Source of the DNA: Bigelowiella natans CCMP2755
Lineage: Eukaryota; Protista; Cercozoa
Reading direction: 5' to 3'
NCBI GenBank assembly: GCA_000320545.1
Contig: ADNK01000870.1
Span: forward strand, 124,001 to 188,000
Length of the DNA: 64,000 nt
The notes beneath the pieces were generated by a model, which was given only the letters and a program-made list of their open reading frames with translations, was not told where the DNA came from and searched no databases. Both the position numbers and the translations under genes were made by a program. Of the stretch, positions 14,761-29,270 are shown piece by piece (position 1 is the stretch's first letter; each line of letters opens with the position of its first letter).

Positions 14761-16829
14761 CACTACTACCTAGCGACATGACTATCCGCAGCATCATGTT
14801 TAGTGAGGTCAAAAGGCATTCTCCCTGGAAGATTCTTGGATCTTTCTTCAACCTTAACAAACGTGTCGAGTCCTATAGGACCTAGAGGCGACGTACGCAT
14901 CCATTCACAATCTTGACTGCTCAACTCTATTTTCATTCCTTCCTTTTCTTCCCCTCCCTCCTCCTCCTCCTTCTCCTTCTCCTCCTTTTCTCTCTCATTG
15001 AGGAGGAGAAATGGCTCAAGACGTCTCGAAGCACAGCTGAAATCTGTAACTTGAGGTAGTGGTTTAACAGAGGAATAAGGAGGAACTGGAATCCTGGAGA
15101 TAATTGCAGGATTCAATGGAGGGTAGTGTAAAGCCTTGATACGGCTTGAAGAGCTCACTACAGGACGAAGTCTTTCGATAAATTGAGATAAATGACGTCC
15201 AAATTCCGTTGGACCTGCAAAGCTGTATGTTTGCTGTCCCTCGCTCAATTGATGAGCAAGATAGCTGGGTAGTTGTGGCAGTGACGATGGAGATGAGGTC
15301 CAGTGATGTAAAAGGCCAAGAATAACGTATGGGTACCATGAATTATCGTTATAGCTTGACTTAAGCTCTAGGTTAGCCCTGCCCCCCCACTGCATGTTCT
15401 TCAACAATAGAATACGTGCAAACAGCTTTCCAAGGCTCTTTGAGTTATTTTGTCGTGGATCAACGAGGTATATCTCCACACGATTCAATAGCAGCTCAAG
15501 TACAAAGTAGAAACCTAATTGCCTTACAACCCCTGTGACCTGATCCTTCCACATTTCATTTAGCGTCTCAATGGCTGAGCTTTGCCGTAGTCTTCCCATT
15601 TGCGGTCTATAATACTCGCACTGTGCTCTCCAAGTACGATGATTGGGAGAGTAATCTTGAAAGAAAAGGTCAATCTGTCGCTCAACTTTATCCCACGTAG
15701 TTGCTTCACCATACTGCATGTCGTTCTGTCCGTGTGTGAAGAGATCATCATCATTAATAACACCACTTTTATTCTTGGCCTCCTTCTCATCCTTTTTCTT
15801 CTTGTTCCTTGTCGTCGTTGAAGTAGTACCATCTTCCCCCCTTCCCGCCAATAACATGAGAATGTAGTTATGTCGGTTGGAGAGTTCCGCATCTAGTGCA
15901 CCGCGTTGTATATCGAGCTGGTTTTCAACCTTGTCGTATTGAGCAAATTCATTGCTGTTCCTTATATGATCCAACAGAAGGGTCTCTTCATCAAGAGATA
16001 GCTTACAATCAGCAGACACTTGATCTAGTTTTAAGATATACTCTTTAAACTCCGATTGCAGCTCCCACAACTCCTCTATATTCATTCCAGAGAACATAAC
16101 AACAAGGCTGAACTTGAGCCTCACAGCGTGTGCGTTGGGATGTTTGTCGCGATTTGCCATACGTAACTGTCTAAACACCCAAGCTTCGTCCTGAGCGAGC
16201 TTACGATCAGCCTACATACGAGAATATATAACAACAATATTAACAATAGATGTAGACGATGCCTGACTGCATTTAAGGAGAGCACCGTTGCAACCAGCAA
16301 AGGATTAGGCTAGTGATGTTTGTACTTCAAATTGATTCATCCTCTTCTTCTTTTTATCTCTTATCAGCAGCACAGCAGCATAGCATAGCATAGCATATCA
16401 TTGATTGATTGATTCTTGCGTGCTTACTACTACTACTACTACTACTACTACCTCACAGCTCTGCACCACTCGAAACGCCATTTGGTACTGCCTCGACATC
16501 ATTCTGAGGAGAATGAGGTACATTGCCGACGAGAGAGTTGGTGTGACTAGGAAGGTGTGAGATCCATGAATAGGATAGAGGTAGACCCTAGACGCCATAC
16601 CTGTTCATCATGATCATGATGATAATGTAATCAATCAATCAATCAATCAACCAACCAATTAATCAATGGATAACAAATCTGCAGTAGCTAAATCAGCACA
16701 GCCAGAGTAATAGTAATAACAACAAGAATAATAATTAATTACAAGGAGATAGATGAAGATAAATAGAACTTATCTTACACCTGATGAGCGCAACAACAAT
16801 ACTGTCACCCCCCGCTACTACCCCCACTG

Positions 16830-16860
<31 letters not shown>

Positions 16861-18182
16861 ATAAGTACTTTCGAGCCACTCTGGATCACGGTGATCCATT
16901 TTAAGCTCTGTGGAAAGCGGACAGCGACTAATGTATGGGCGATGTACGGGACAATTGGACACCATAAGGAAGAGTTCTCTTGAAGCATTCTCCATCAGTA
17001 AGCTGTGTGGAATCCCTGTCGAGAGCTTGTTCAGTCTCTCGTCACGTAAATCACTGATGTAGAGATCAGAATGATCAAGGGAATACAATCGCTCCTTGCC
17101 GTCGTTATCACGCCGTGGTGAGAATCGAAGCTTTAGCCTTGGAAGCTCGATCAAACTGATCTGGCAAAGACTTCCATACCTATAAACATGTTGTTGGAAA
17201 GTTGTAGTAGTAGTAGTAGTAGTAGTAGTAGTAACAATCAACAAAGAGATGATAGAAACACATGTCGATATAACCACGAGTTAATTAGGTAACATATATG
17301 ACAGAACATAATTCATTATGATCTATCTATCTATCTACCTATCACCAACATCTCTGCAGCAGCATGATGATGATATTGGTACAACATAACCCTGCTGCAA
17401 ATATATTGAGTGCTACCACACACCTCTACACATCACTCACACAGTTACTACTACTACTACTACTTACTCCGTGACTGTTGATTCAGTCCATGCAAGGATA
17501 TGGCCAAGGTCTTCTATCCTCGAAAGTACGTTAACCATCCTTCCAAGTACAGACTCTTTTGGCACAGAAAGCAAGTCGAACAACACCATCATGTGATGAT
17601 CCTTTTGTGACTTTGAACGAATTAGCTTAGGGACGATGTCGTCTTCTTCCAATGCCATCATCGCAGCATCCTTGGCGTCACCATCACCACCACCACCACC
17701 ACTTTTGTCAAGATTTGCCAGTTCCCCCTTCATTGCAGAGATTTTTTCCTGATTCTTTGGGTTTGCGAGCCACGACTGCGCGATTGGTAAGTCGTACTTG
17801 AACTGCTCCAAGACCTTGAATTCATATTATGTTGACTAACATCATCCCCAATTAAACTTGCTTTATTATATTCGATCGTTATCTACATTCTATGTGTATT
17901 TGTAAATTTGTATCCTCATCATCATACTACCTGCTTGGCAATGTGTCTTGGGTATCCTTGGCTTACAACAACCTCAAGTTTTGAGCTTTTGATTGCTACT
18001 ACCATTGGATCATCATCAGCTAGCTGCATCTTCACGTCAAAAAAGTTCTTGGCTGCTATCTGTAGGGTATTCAATGAGGAGGAGGAGGAGGAGGAGGAGG
18101 AGGTGGAAGATGAGAAATGAGAGTAGCAGCGAATAAGTTGCTGCATGGTTGAAGACTGCTGCTTTCCTGTGTATCTCTACTA

Positions 18183-18215
<33 letters not shown>

Positions 18216-18932
18216 TTACTATTACCTCGGTGTTTGCCTTGACGTCGCTCTTTAAGAGTGGAGATCGTGTAATGACACCGCAAAGACTACTACTGCTACT
18301 ACCAGCAGGACCAACTCCCTCCTCCTCCTCCTCCTTCTCCTTGTTGTCGTTGTTCTTGAAATCAATCAATCTAACACGAATCTTGTACTGAAAGTCAGGG
18401 TGGTGTAACTCCTTGGGATATCTGTATATTGTCATAAGCACAAGTAGTATAAGGAAGGGGAGTCCTATATTATAAGCTAGGATGATGATATCTGTGTATT
18501 ATTATCATTTTTATTAATAAAAGCACAATGGATGGTATAACCAGCAGTACATGTGAAAAATAATGATGATGATGATGATGGTGGAAAGAAGGCCAAAGCT
18601 GATCGTTAGTGAAATAACAACCCAACAAGATGGTCGTCGGTGTCTCGTTGCCAGAAGAAGAAGTTCTCTGTGAGAGCAGCTGGAATAACCCCTCTCAAGA
18701 AGCGCTCAGGTGTGAAGGTTTCCTCTATGTCGTCCTTGACATCCCTCGATATCACGACAGAATCTTTTAAAGCCACTTTACCGGTGATTTTACCAGCCTC
18801 ATTCCGGAGCAAAGGATGGAACCTAGTAGTGGTGGTGGTAGTAGCAGTAGTAGTAGTAGTAGTAATAGGAGGAGTAGAAGGGGATAGATGATGGGGTTGG
18901 ATGCGGCAATTAGCTTACTTAGATATGAGGAC

Positions 18933-18966
<34 letters not shown>

Positions 18967-19038
18967 CTTCTTCGGTGCTTGAAAGTGGTTGCTAATAATA
19001 GAGACTGTGAACGTTTGTATGTGTGTAATATTTCTCAA

Positions 19039-19076
<38 letters not shown>

Positions 19077-21306
19077 GTTGTGCTCTCCTCATCCGTCCAT
19101 ACCGCGTGTATAATAAGATGATAATGTGACTGCTATGGATTTATTAGTTGATTTATTGATGTATTTGTGTTGTTGTTGTTGTTGTTACTGACGGTGATCC
19201 CCTATCATCCGTATCTGGCTTCATTGAGTAGTAGCAGTATCGTGTATTGGAAGTATAGACGAGGGATGGGTACATTCTGCGTCCATGCTCCAGCAAGACG
19301 TACATAAAACAAACATTCAAGTGCTTAACCACTTTGAAGATTCTCCATGTGCCCTTATCAAATGCTATGAGCGATGTTGAATAGGCATTCTCTCCAACAG
19401 GTTCCTTGGACATGAAGAATCGCTTCTCTTTCACGTAAGGAACCTTTTTCCACTGTCCAAACTTCGATAAAATCGTTGGCTCGACAACCTAACAACATTG
19501 TACCAACAACCTCATATTTGGCGCTATCCATCCATCATTATCTATTCACCACCTTTTTGTATCTAGTCTCATTGATTCAATTCATTATGCACAGCAATCA
19601 CAACCACGACTTACCTTGAGAATCCATCTTTCCTCAGGACGAATCTTATCACTTGGAAATGGCCTTGAATACTCTATCCCCTGCCAACGAAAGCCTCTCT
19701 CTCCTTCTGCTATAGGATGAGGCATGTTGATCATAGTTCTTTTTTCATCTTTAGGTTCGTCCCATCTTCTGATGTTGTAGCTTCTTCCCACGAGTCTCAC
19801 CCATTGTCGATGTTCATGTGCAGCTACAAGCGCACAGTGTTGCGGCTCCTTGCCAAAGATCAGAGCAAAGTCGTCGGTTCTTGCCATATGGTTAGGGACG
19901 GGCTCGATATGAGAATTACGGAAATACAACTCTATACTCTGAATATTGATTTCAATCTCTTCTTTCTTACCACAGAAGACTCCTGTATTTCCATCACCAG
20001 AGCGAGCTACCCACCCACTCGACTGTAATCGTTGATTTCTTGTAGCTACACGCAAGATACTCTGCATTACAGCATCTACCTCTTTGGCCGAGGCCTGTAT
20101 AATATCATATAATACAATGACGTGTGTGTGTGTGTGTGCTAGTATAAGAATACTACTTGTTGCGGGTATTTGAATCACCACCACCACCAGCAGCAGCACC
20201 ACCACTACCGACCCACCTACCTACCTACCTTCTTAAACCACTTAACAAGGCCTTGCCGGTGTATATTGAGCATATCAAAGTAGACATGTTCGGCAACTAG
20301 TAGTGGTTTTTCTATCTTAAGTCGTTCTGCTTGAGCTTGTTCCCTGGAGGACTGCTGCTTGCTACTACGCTTTCGTACGTCGCCGTCAGCAGCTTTTGCC
20401 TCTCGAATACGACGTTTCTTCTCTTCTTCCATTGCACCTTGTCCTAATCCTGGGGAATGCCAGGTTTGTAAGAAGGCAAGATACGCCTATATGTAGTAGA
20501 CAAAGATGATGATGGTGATGATGATGATGATGATGATGACGACGGAGTAATCGGTAATCAAGCACCAAAGACAAAAGTTAACCAAGACTTTGACAGCAGC
20601 AGGTCAAAATGCCATAATACGTAGGAGCGGAAAACAGATTATTGTATTACTACCATCATTGGTTGAACATTAGCAAGTGAAATATTCTCCGAGTAATGGA
20701 CACCACGGTAAAGGATGGTCAGATGGGCATTCATGATGCATGAGTGCCTCAAATCACTTTGATCTTGTGCTTGCTGCTCCCACTGAACTAAGATCGGCCG
20801 TGCTTTATCTATCAGTATTTCATGAATCTTCTTGGAATATCCCTCAAGTTTCTCTTTCTTACTAGCCTCCAGCTTCGTTTTCTTCGCATCGTCATTGTGG
20901 TCATTAAGCAAAAAGGAGATAAATCTGTGCACACCAGATAGCATTCTGATAACAAAGAGGATGATGCTTGTGGATGAAGATGTATAAGATCCCGTATTAA
21001 GATAGAGAGCATCCTCTGTAAGCTGAAGCATGGATGAAACCAGCACATCGGGAGCATGTTCCAATTCATTGAGCAATAATCCATTTGGACAACCGATAAG
21101 CTCATCTCCTTTAGCAGGGACGTAACGGATATCTGGTGCATCTTCAGGAGTCCAACGCATTGGTTCGAAAAGTACACTCTCTAGAAGCTCTTGGAGTTGA
21201 AGATTCAACAATGCTGATACGCGGTCTTTGGTTGAGAAAAACGATACGACGATAGGAATACGCATATACGGCGCTGTCAAAGCAGATAATAGGTACCTAG
21301 TGGATT

Positions 21307-21341
<35 letters not shown>

Positions 21342-23919
21342 AGAAAGAAAGAGAGGAAAGAGGAGGGATTTGGTCAGTGACGGCAGCAGAGAACTACTAG
21401 TGAACATAATTCGCTACTACTACTAGTACTAGTACTAAAAGATCAATAATCAGTAGTACTCTGAATCTTCCTGGCTAAGAGCGTTGTTGAAGGTGGGAAG
21501 CTGCCTTTGATGTAACACATCGTCCTCAGTGATTTTCTCGAGGGATTCTGCAGCTCCTTTCTTTACCCAAAGCTTTGGGTCAGCTGGACTCTTTTTGGGC
21601 TTGGTTTCAATACAAACAAATTCTTGGTTGAAACACGATGCATTGAGATCAACCTGCGTCTTTGCACTGTTTATTCCACCTGGCTCCTTGATCTTCCATC
21701 CTATAGCTGCATGTGATATAGTCCATCTCTGGAGCTTAACATGCCTTCGATGTGCCGTGTCAGTCACAAGAATGCGGTACAGCAATGCCGTATCTCTCAG
21801 AGCGAGTAACTCTGGATGTTCTTCAGCAAAGGGAGACTTATGGTGTGTTAAGTACCACGTTGCTGCTTCGATAAAGGAGATTCCATCGTCCATCGTCTTG
21901 TTCTCCTCATCCTTTGGCTGCAAATCATACCCCATCACATTGCAAAGAACCTTTACCATCTCCATTGTTGGTGAGTTCTTGCTCAAAAAGGTAGTGCAAT
22001 TATGTCGAGTTTTAAAGTTAAACAGCGCCTTCTTGCCGTGTTTTTCTTGTGCTAAAAAGTATCTGAGCATCTTTCCACGTGCAACGGCTAGAGTTGGTTC
22101 CAAAATCAATGCAGTGTCTGTGATTTCATCTATGTGTGTACCGTACCCATCATACATGCAAACATAGAAATCTGGTTGAAGCAGTTTCATGGCAGCCTCT
22201 CGATTGAACAAAGGGGGGGACGATGATGATGATGATGATGACTTCTGTTCTCCGTCCTTTTCTTCGCTATTGGAAGACGAAGAAGTAGTAGTAGTAGCAG
22301 CAGCAGCAGCTGGTGATGATGATGAGGAGTGTGCAGTAGCATCAGCAGAAGAACCAGCTGCTCCCCCCCCCCCTTTTTGTTCGTCTTTTCCTGTTGGTGT
22401 GAGAGTGTTTTCCTTCTCTTCTCGTTTCTTTTTGCGTTCAGCATTGCGTTCTTGTATCTTTTTGTTCTCCTCGATTATCATTTGTCTAGCAGAGGTTTCA
22501 ATCATTATCGCAGTCATAAGGTTGTCTGGCGTTGTGTCCATGAGTTTCTCTGCTGCTGCTTGCATGTTATTATTGCAATTTCTCAAAGCCCAATCTACAG
22601 CAAGCTTTTCATAGCCAAATGCCATGAGTTGCATTGCCTTTTCTGAATCAGCCTCAATTAAGGGACGTGTTTTCTCTTCTAACTCTCCCTTTTCAAGGCG
22701 TTGAACAAAAGTCGTCAGTTTTTGTTCAAGTTGCCTTGGATCAGCTTCAGTGAGCGTATCAAGCTCCATATCAAGGTACAAGAACTTGAAGGTAGGAAAG
22801 CTTCTCACATGGTAACGACGAGCAAGGGCACTTAATTTCTCGGAGTCAAGTTTGAGCATCACGACAGGTTTTTTGTTGAATTTCCGACCCAATGTAGCGT
22901 AGATGGGAGTCATTTCCTTGCACTCTTTGGACTTCGCAGAGAAAAAGTCAATGACAACAAGCTTGTCGGCGTCGTTCGCTGCCTTTATTTCCGCGTTGAA
23001 TTCCTCTTCAGATTTGACGATTTTGAGTGCAGTTGGACCCCTTGCGCGCTGCTTTGATCCTGAGAACAGGTGCTGTGTACCGTTGAGCACCATTGCAACT
23101 GTAGAGGGTTTATCTGTACTATATGTTCGCACTATTGCGTCCAAGCATGCCATTATGCATGCCATCACGACAATGTTAGCCCCTCGAAACTCTCGATTTG
23201 ACTGAACGGATCGAGCTGCTGCAGTGTAATAGCGAGCAAGCTGCTGCAGGCTGTCAATAATCTGTAGATATTGTTCTCGTTTCATTTCCATTGAAGCCCA
23301 TATGCAATCCTTGAGCTCTTTTCGCTCAGCAGGAGGAATGGGCATAGGAAGCACCTAAGTATTTGTTTATCCGCAATAGTTATGATAATGATGACGATGA
23401 TGTTAATCATGTACTACTACTGAGAGTAGTCGTAGTTGATCATGTCGTTGTTGTTGTTATATCGTTGTTACAATAGATATATTGTTTGTTCTTCCTTATC
23501 GTTCGTTCTACGCACTTGCACGAAAAGTTGCTGAATCAGAGAGCAGATATAAAAATAGCTGTTGGAGGTGTGCTTTCGGGACAAGAGCTTGCACAAGTTA
23601 AGACACATATCGATTGCTTCCAGTGCCTACGATCATAGACGAAGGAGAAGGAGAAGAAGACGAAGGAGGAGGAGGAGGAGACGAAGGAGGAGGAGAAGGA
23701 GGAAGAAAATATCAAGGAGACGGTGATTCTTCTATTATTCCTGTGTTCTTACTTCGCTGTTAAACAACAAACAAACAAACAAACAAACCAACCGATTTTG
23801 AATCCTTAGCGAATATCGTTGGGAGCTTGGCCATATCGATTAGATGATTGTGAGGGACCGCATCCTGCCAACCAGCAAACGCCTCCACTGATTTGTCGCG
23901 CTTATACACTTGGAACCCT

Positions 23920-23951
<32 letters not shown>

Positions 23952-25110
23952 AGTAGTAAGTAGTAAGCAGAAATGAGAAATTAGGTATATTACCGATACA
24001 GAAAATCATAATAATAATAATAAGAAGAGTAAGAGAATAATAGCCATTATTACTATACTAATTTCATTTCTAGCAAATAACCGAAGGGAAAAGAAGAAGA
24101 AGAAGAAGAAGAAGAAGAAGAAGAGAAGGGAAAAGATTATAAAGTCAGCAGTTAACATAACATGGCAGCCCTCATTAAGCACTACCATCACCACCATCAG
24201 CACTAGCAGAAAGCAGCAGAAAGAATCATCACCTCTTAACGGTCCCCACTTGTCTTCGGACTTTGGTTTCAGCTTTGGAATCATTCTCACATCGATACCA
24301 TTTGCTCTACGAATTGTCATTTCTTCTATTTGTTCTATTTTTGCCAAAATCTCCGCCAAGTTGGCCCCTTTCAATCGGCCTGCTTTCGACTCAGATGATG
24401 CAGCTGACGAGTTTATATGATGATGGTGACGATGGTGATGATGATGATGACGATGGTGATAATGGGAACAATAGTTAGATAGTTCTACAGACAGGCAGCA
24501 GTCGTTAGTGTACTACGAGTGAATGATTCAATCGATGAGTCAATACTCGTTGGAACTTCTGCCACTACTAGTACCAGCTACTTCTCTCTTAATTTTTTTC
24601 TGCTGGCAGCATCATCATAGCTCTACAATTAGAAATAGTAATCACCGTTTGAGAGCTTTTGCGCTGCAATTCGGACGAGGCGTGCATCTGAGTGGTTGAT
24701 TTGGCTGTTGACTTGCTGCATGTCACTGTGTACCATGTTCACCATAGCACGCATAAAGGCGAATCGGAACTGGATTATTTTGGCCTCCTCATGTAATCCG
24801 TGCTGCGCTAATAAGAACTCAAAACAACGATTCACCGACGAGTAGTAGCAGGTCTCCGCTCTCTGAGAAAGAAGAAAGAATAAGAAAACTAAGGAGGAGA
24901 AGAAGAACCCCATATTATAATTCATCACCATGAGAATAACTCATAATGAGTGAAATGTCGATGCATATATTACGCAGCTGTACTACTACTACTACTACTA
25001 CTACTATCTATCTATCCTTACTACTACCATTCAACAGCCAAAACAATGAGTATAATTTGCAGTTAAGTGTATGTTCTACAACAAATTAGGTGGGTGCATT
25101 TGTGTGCGTG

Positions 25111-25165
<55 letters not shown>

Positions 25166-25641
25166 AGTTATTATTATGATTGTTGTGGTACTACAACTAC
25201 GACCTGTGCAGGAAAGAATCCTGTCCCAGGTTCTTTAGTAGCATTCTTGGCTTCAAGAGCGCAAGCACGGGCAAATGGCATGCCAAGAAGATGCGGGTAG
25301 AGCACATCGTAGAAGATTTCATGACGATGGTCATCGCTCTTGGTCACATGAATCTTAAAGAACATATACCAAAATCCATGATCGAGCACTCGCTCCTGAG
25401 GTATGTTGTGAAAGACAACGGAAGCTTCGAATTTCATTCCAGGGGGTTGAGAGGCTGTAGACCGATGGAACTTAATCCCCTTGCCCAAGTTATGTATTGA
25501 AAGGCTGAAGCCCTCCTTCTCCTGCCGTTTCAATACATGCATAATGCAGTGACCAGAATCTGTATCTTGCCATCCTCCCGGTACTACCATCTCTTGACCA
25601 GATTTCAGATCGCTGAGTTGTAGTAGTAGTAATAGTAGTAA

Positions 25642-25677
<36 letters not shown>

Positions 25678-25941
25678 GAGGAGGAGGAGTGATGATGATG
25701 ATTATAGATGATGATGCAGCAACAACATTTATTTATTAAAATGTGTGATAATATCACAGTCATCGCAGATAGTAACGGTGGAGTGCACAGTAATAGCAAT
25801 AGTATAAGTAGTATTAGTGATGTAGTAGTGGTAGTGATAGTGGAAGTGCTTGATTGCTTGCAAACGTCATCCCATAGGATTAAGACATAGATAAGTAGCT
25901 GCAGCAAGTTTTGACTAGTGACAGTAAGAGGTGGCTACAAC

Positions 25942-25976
<35 letters not shown>

Positions 25977-26920
25977 AAACACAAGCTCACTTACTTTAGC
26001 TCTGTGGCAAATTTCTGGAGAAAAGAAGTAAAGTGGAAAGGCTGTTTGATTTTCATACATGCCCTTGAAAGCTCCATTCCCTTTTTGAACAGCTCGTTCA
26101 CTTCAATAAGAGCCTTTAATCATCACGAGGAAGAATCATCGTCAGCATACCCAAAACTCGAAGAAATGGAGAAAATAGTTGGCACACTGCATGTATGATA
26201 CAATCTATTATTAGAAACCTTTCGATCTTCCTCGTTGCAAAGGCTAATCCACTCGGGTCGGTTTTCAATGATTTTTTCTGTGACGAAGTGGTGTACGTGC
26301 TGCAAACGATAAAAGATGATATTGCTAAATGAGAGAAGTAACTAAATTCCATTAGAAGATGTATTTTGAATGGACTTTCTCTTTTCCTCTCCTTTTTTCA
26401 AAACTTTCATGTGGTCAAGTAAGCAAATGAATAATACCATCAGGGCTGCTATGTCACCACATCGTTTATTGTCATCGCCCCGAGTTTCAGTGCTCTCAAG
26501 GCATCTTTATATTGCATTGCAAAGAGGGGTGGTAATTATACATAAAGACTCGACTTTGAATCTGCAAAGTACAAGTAAGACACTAGATTCCCTATCCCCC
26601 CCCCTCTCTCTTCCTTGTCCCTTAATTGTGTTGAATCATATGAGTTGCCATGGTTTTCAGTATCGGTGGAAATAAGTAAGCCTCCAATGAGTAGCAGCCA
26701 GAACCAACAAAGCATCATCTTGTACTACTATTACGTATCGTAATACTTATTACCCTTCCAGGAACATTGAAATGAAAACTCGTTCGCACCATACAGGACC
26801 AGGCATTGGGTCGGTATGTTTTAACTTGTCGAGGCAGAACACTGGAAGCTTATATTTCTAAGTGAGTGGGTGAGTGAGTGAGAGAGTAAGTGAGTAGTGA
26901 CACATATAATTGTTTTACAA

Positions 26921-26951
<31 letters not shown>

Positions 26952-28097
26952 GTAGTAGTAGTAGTAGTAGTAGTAGTAATAGTAGTCACATCTTCATCAT
27001 TATCGTAATTATAATAATCACTATTATCATCAACGTTCATTATCATCTTACGATCACTATCAGAACATGCTCCTCCTTCTTCATCATCATCATCTTCTTC
27101 TTCTTTTTCCTTTCCCCCTATTCTCATTACCGTCCATGGAAGCTGATCTCCTTTTGGATCTTCTGCTACCGCCTTTCTGCCATCTAGATTGAACCATCGT
27201 CCTGAGATGGGATCCATGACGACCTACATACAATAAGATGTGTATATATAATTTATGTGTGTGCGTGTGCATACATCTATTCACAAGAGCGACGAGGTAA
27301 GTATACTTATTTTCTTCCTCAACATTCAAATTATGGCCCAGTGATATTGGAGTTAGAAAATTATATCGTACAGAAAATAGCGATGATGATGATGATGATG
27401 ATATCTACCATGGACGGGAAAGCTGAAACTTTATAAAACTGCATAATGCGTTGCCTGTTGTTGCACAATAGATCACAGCAGCAGTCATCATTTAAAACCA
27501 CCAGTTGGAATACTACTTCAGAGCATAGCCATATTATCACCATCATCAACATCCTCTTCTCACCTTAGTTCGTTTTCAGAAAAAGGAACAGCAAGAAAAG
27601 GCATGCGCTGAAGGTAAGAGTCAAAGTCTCTCGCCGTACGACAGCCACTGATGAATATGCATTGCACAGGTTTATTGGCTGCCTTCATCGCCTCGTAACT
27701 AGCGATCAGTTTTGGAGTAAATGCCTTGCAAGGGCCGCACCTTTGAGTCATTATTCAACGGGAGGGGGATGATAACATGAAGCCTTGAAACTATTGTCGA
27801 TTATTTTTTGCGGAGCTGAAAGAAATCTAATGGTTTGCATCTGTTCGATTGATCTCAACTATCTGTTTAGGCTTTCTAGAGAGCACAATATTCGGTTTGG
27901 CTATTTGCCCCCCTGCCAGATTGCCTCTTAATATTTTTTCTGAGCCTACTACTTAATCACCAGGAAGCGGAAAAATAAAGCAGGATGGCCTCTGGCGGTG
28001 CTGCTCCTTCTTCTCCCTGCAGCAGGTCCGTGAAGGAGATGGTACGTCCAGTTCGATCTACAAGGCCCTTCGCCTCTCGAAGCGGACTATCTTCCAT
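4933..28097 (-). CDS. Giant intron-rich multidomain protein: nucleoredoxin-type Trx (WCGPC), putative Cys-protease region, degenerate Trx, UBA, DUF3638/DUF3645-type P-loop NTPase, EF-hands, three RanBP2/NZF zinc fingers
   Basis: Start MEDSPLREAKG at 28097; ILLYFSASW|CGPCKAFTPKL (~27960/27740); Trx-like VVIDFFSAKSKEC...SFPTF (~22700-23000); UBA QLMAFGYEKLAVDWALRNCNNNMQAAAEKL (~22530-22650); Walker A QMIMGAGKST (~12890); Walker B ILDEVDLLLHP (~11960); RKLMAVPFVGKDVPSHSSEFAQPDV (~10900); YDQVHTTGMDI and QGCYRMRG (~9100-9200); EF-hands DTVGDGRLYETE and DKDNDGQISKYEF; fingers WNCPACTFLN, WVCPACTTRN, WECMSCTYQN. Exons are collinear on one strand; a single transcript is inferred, not proven. Confidence 0.75.
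5360..27400. repeat. Dense intronic and exonic microsatellites ((AGT)n, (GAT)n, (GAA)n, (CAG)n, (GT)n, (TA)n at 25114-25161)
   Basis: Directly visible in most introns of the giant gene. A similar density occurs across ~33800-55150, apart from the SmD2 region and the clean 5' ends. Confidence 0.95.
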
Positions 28098-29270
28098 GGT
28101 TGGAGATTCCGTCGAAGGACTGGGGGTAGCGGAGATGCCGTCTCACCGGTATCGCTTTTTTGCGAAAGGAATCCCGATAAATCACGGAAATAGAGGGGAA
28201 TTACTCGCAGCGACAAACTCAAAATTGATCAGTAGCTAGGTGTTTGTCCGGAGCATTTTCACAATCGGTGATGCAGTCTTCTTCAATCATTCTTGAAACA
28301 ATTCTTCTTCTTCTTCTTCTTCTTCTTCTTCTTCTTGCGTCTTCTTCTTCTTCTTCTTCATTGGTGCCAAGCTAGTCCACGTTGGAACAGCTTCACATTG
28401 AAGAAGTTGCGAGGTCGATGATGAAAAAATGATCCTCGATTGTTGCGCCGAGCTAGCGAGTCGCGTTTGTCTGCACGCTTGCTCTTGCATGCGTGTGTCG
28501 TGGTGAAGGAAGTTTCAATTGAGGAGGAAGTTTTCAGATCTGCGCCATTGGTGCACGCTGGTGAACGAATTGAACACTCACTGGGTAAAGGATCTGCGCC
28601 ACTCCAGTCTGGCATGTGACGTGGTGCACGTTGGAGTGCATCGGAGTGACCAGTGGAGCACAATTGCTAGATGAGTCAGTTTGCGATGCACGCGTGCCAG
28701 ACAGGTGTGGCTTGTGCGACAAGCGTTCAGCGCACAACCGCCAAGAGCAAAGCACACACGTCTGGACGTGGGTGTCACACTCGTGCACTTGTGGTGCGTC
28801 GTCTGGGTGCGATGTTCAGACGTCCCAGCACCAGAGCACTCGATCAGCACGTCATCATCTCGAGATCTGCGCATGCTTGCTCGGTGTCGTGCATGCATGC
28901 ACGACTAGCTAGCTAGACAGATGGTGACATGACTAGCTAGCTAGTGTGACAACACGTTTCTAGATCTAGAGACTTGCAGATGAGATCTAGTACACTAAAT
29001 GTACGTGACAACAACGCATGACACAGCAGCGAGCATGTGTGCATGGCTAGCTACGTTGTCAACGGCATGGGCAGACTAGCTAAGATCAGGCATATGTGGA
29101 TATCAAGACATGGTGCTGTGTCTGTTGCATCTGGACATGCGTTGTGTCAGCAGCAGAACAATGATCACGACCACAGATTTAATTTGCCAATGCTCAGTGA
29201 TACGATCGCAGCTTAGCTCATTGTGCTACAGGTAGAAACGTTCTTGCTTCATCTTTAATTATCAATCGAT

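Noticed and set aside
12244-22614. Long + strand ORFs (for example 12244-12996 and 21529-22167)
   Set aside because: Antisense shadows of exons of the giant minus-strand gene.
28287-28916. Cluster of overlapping short ORFs on both strands
   Set aside because: A by-product of stop-poor palindromic and (TTC)n composition; no protein-like motifs.
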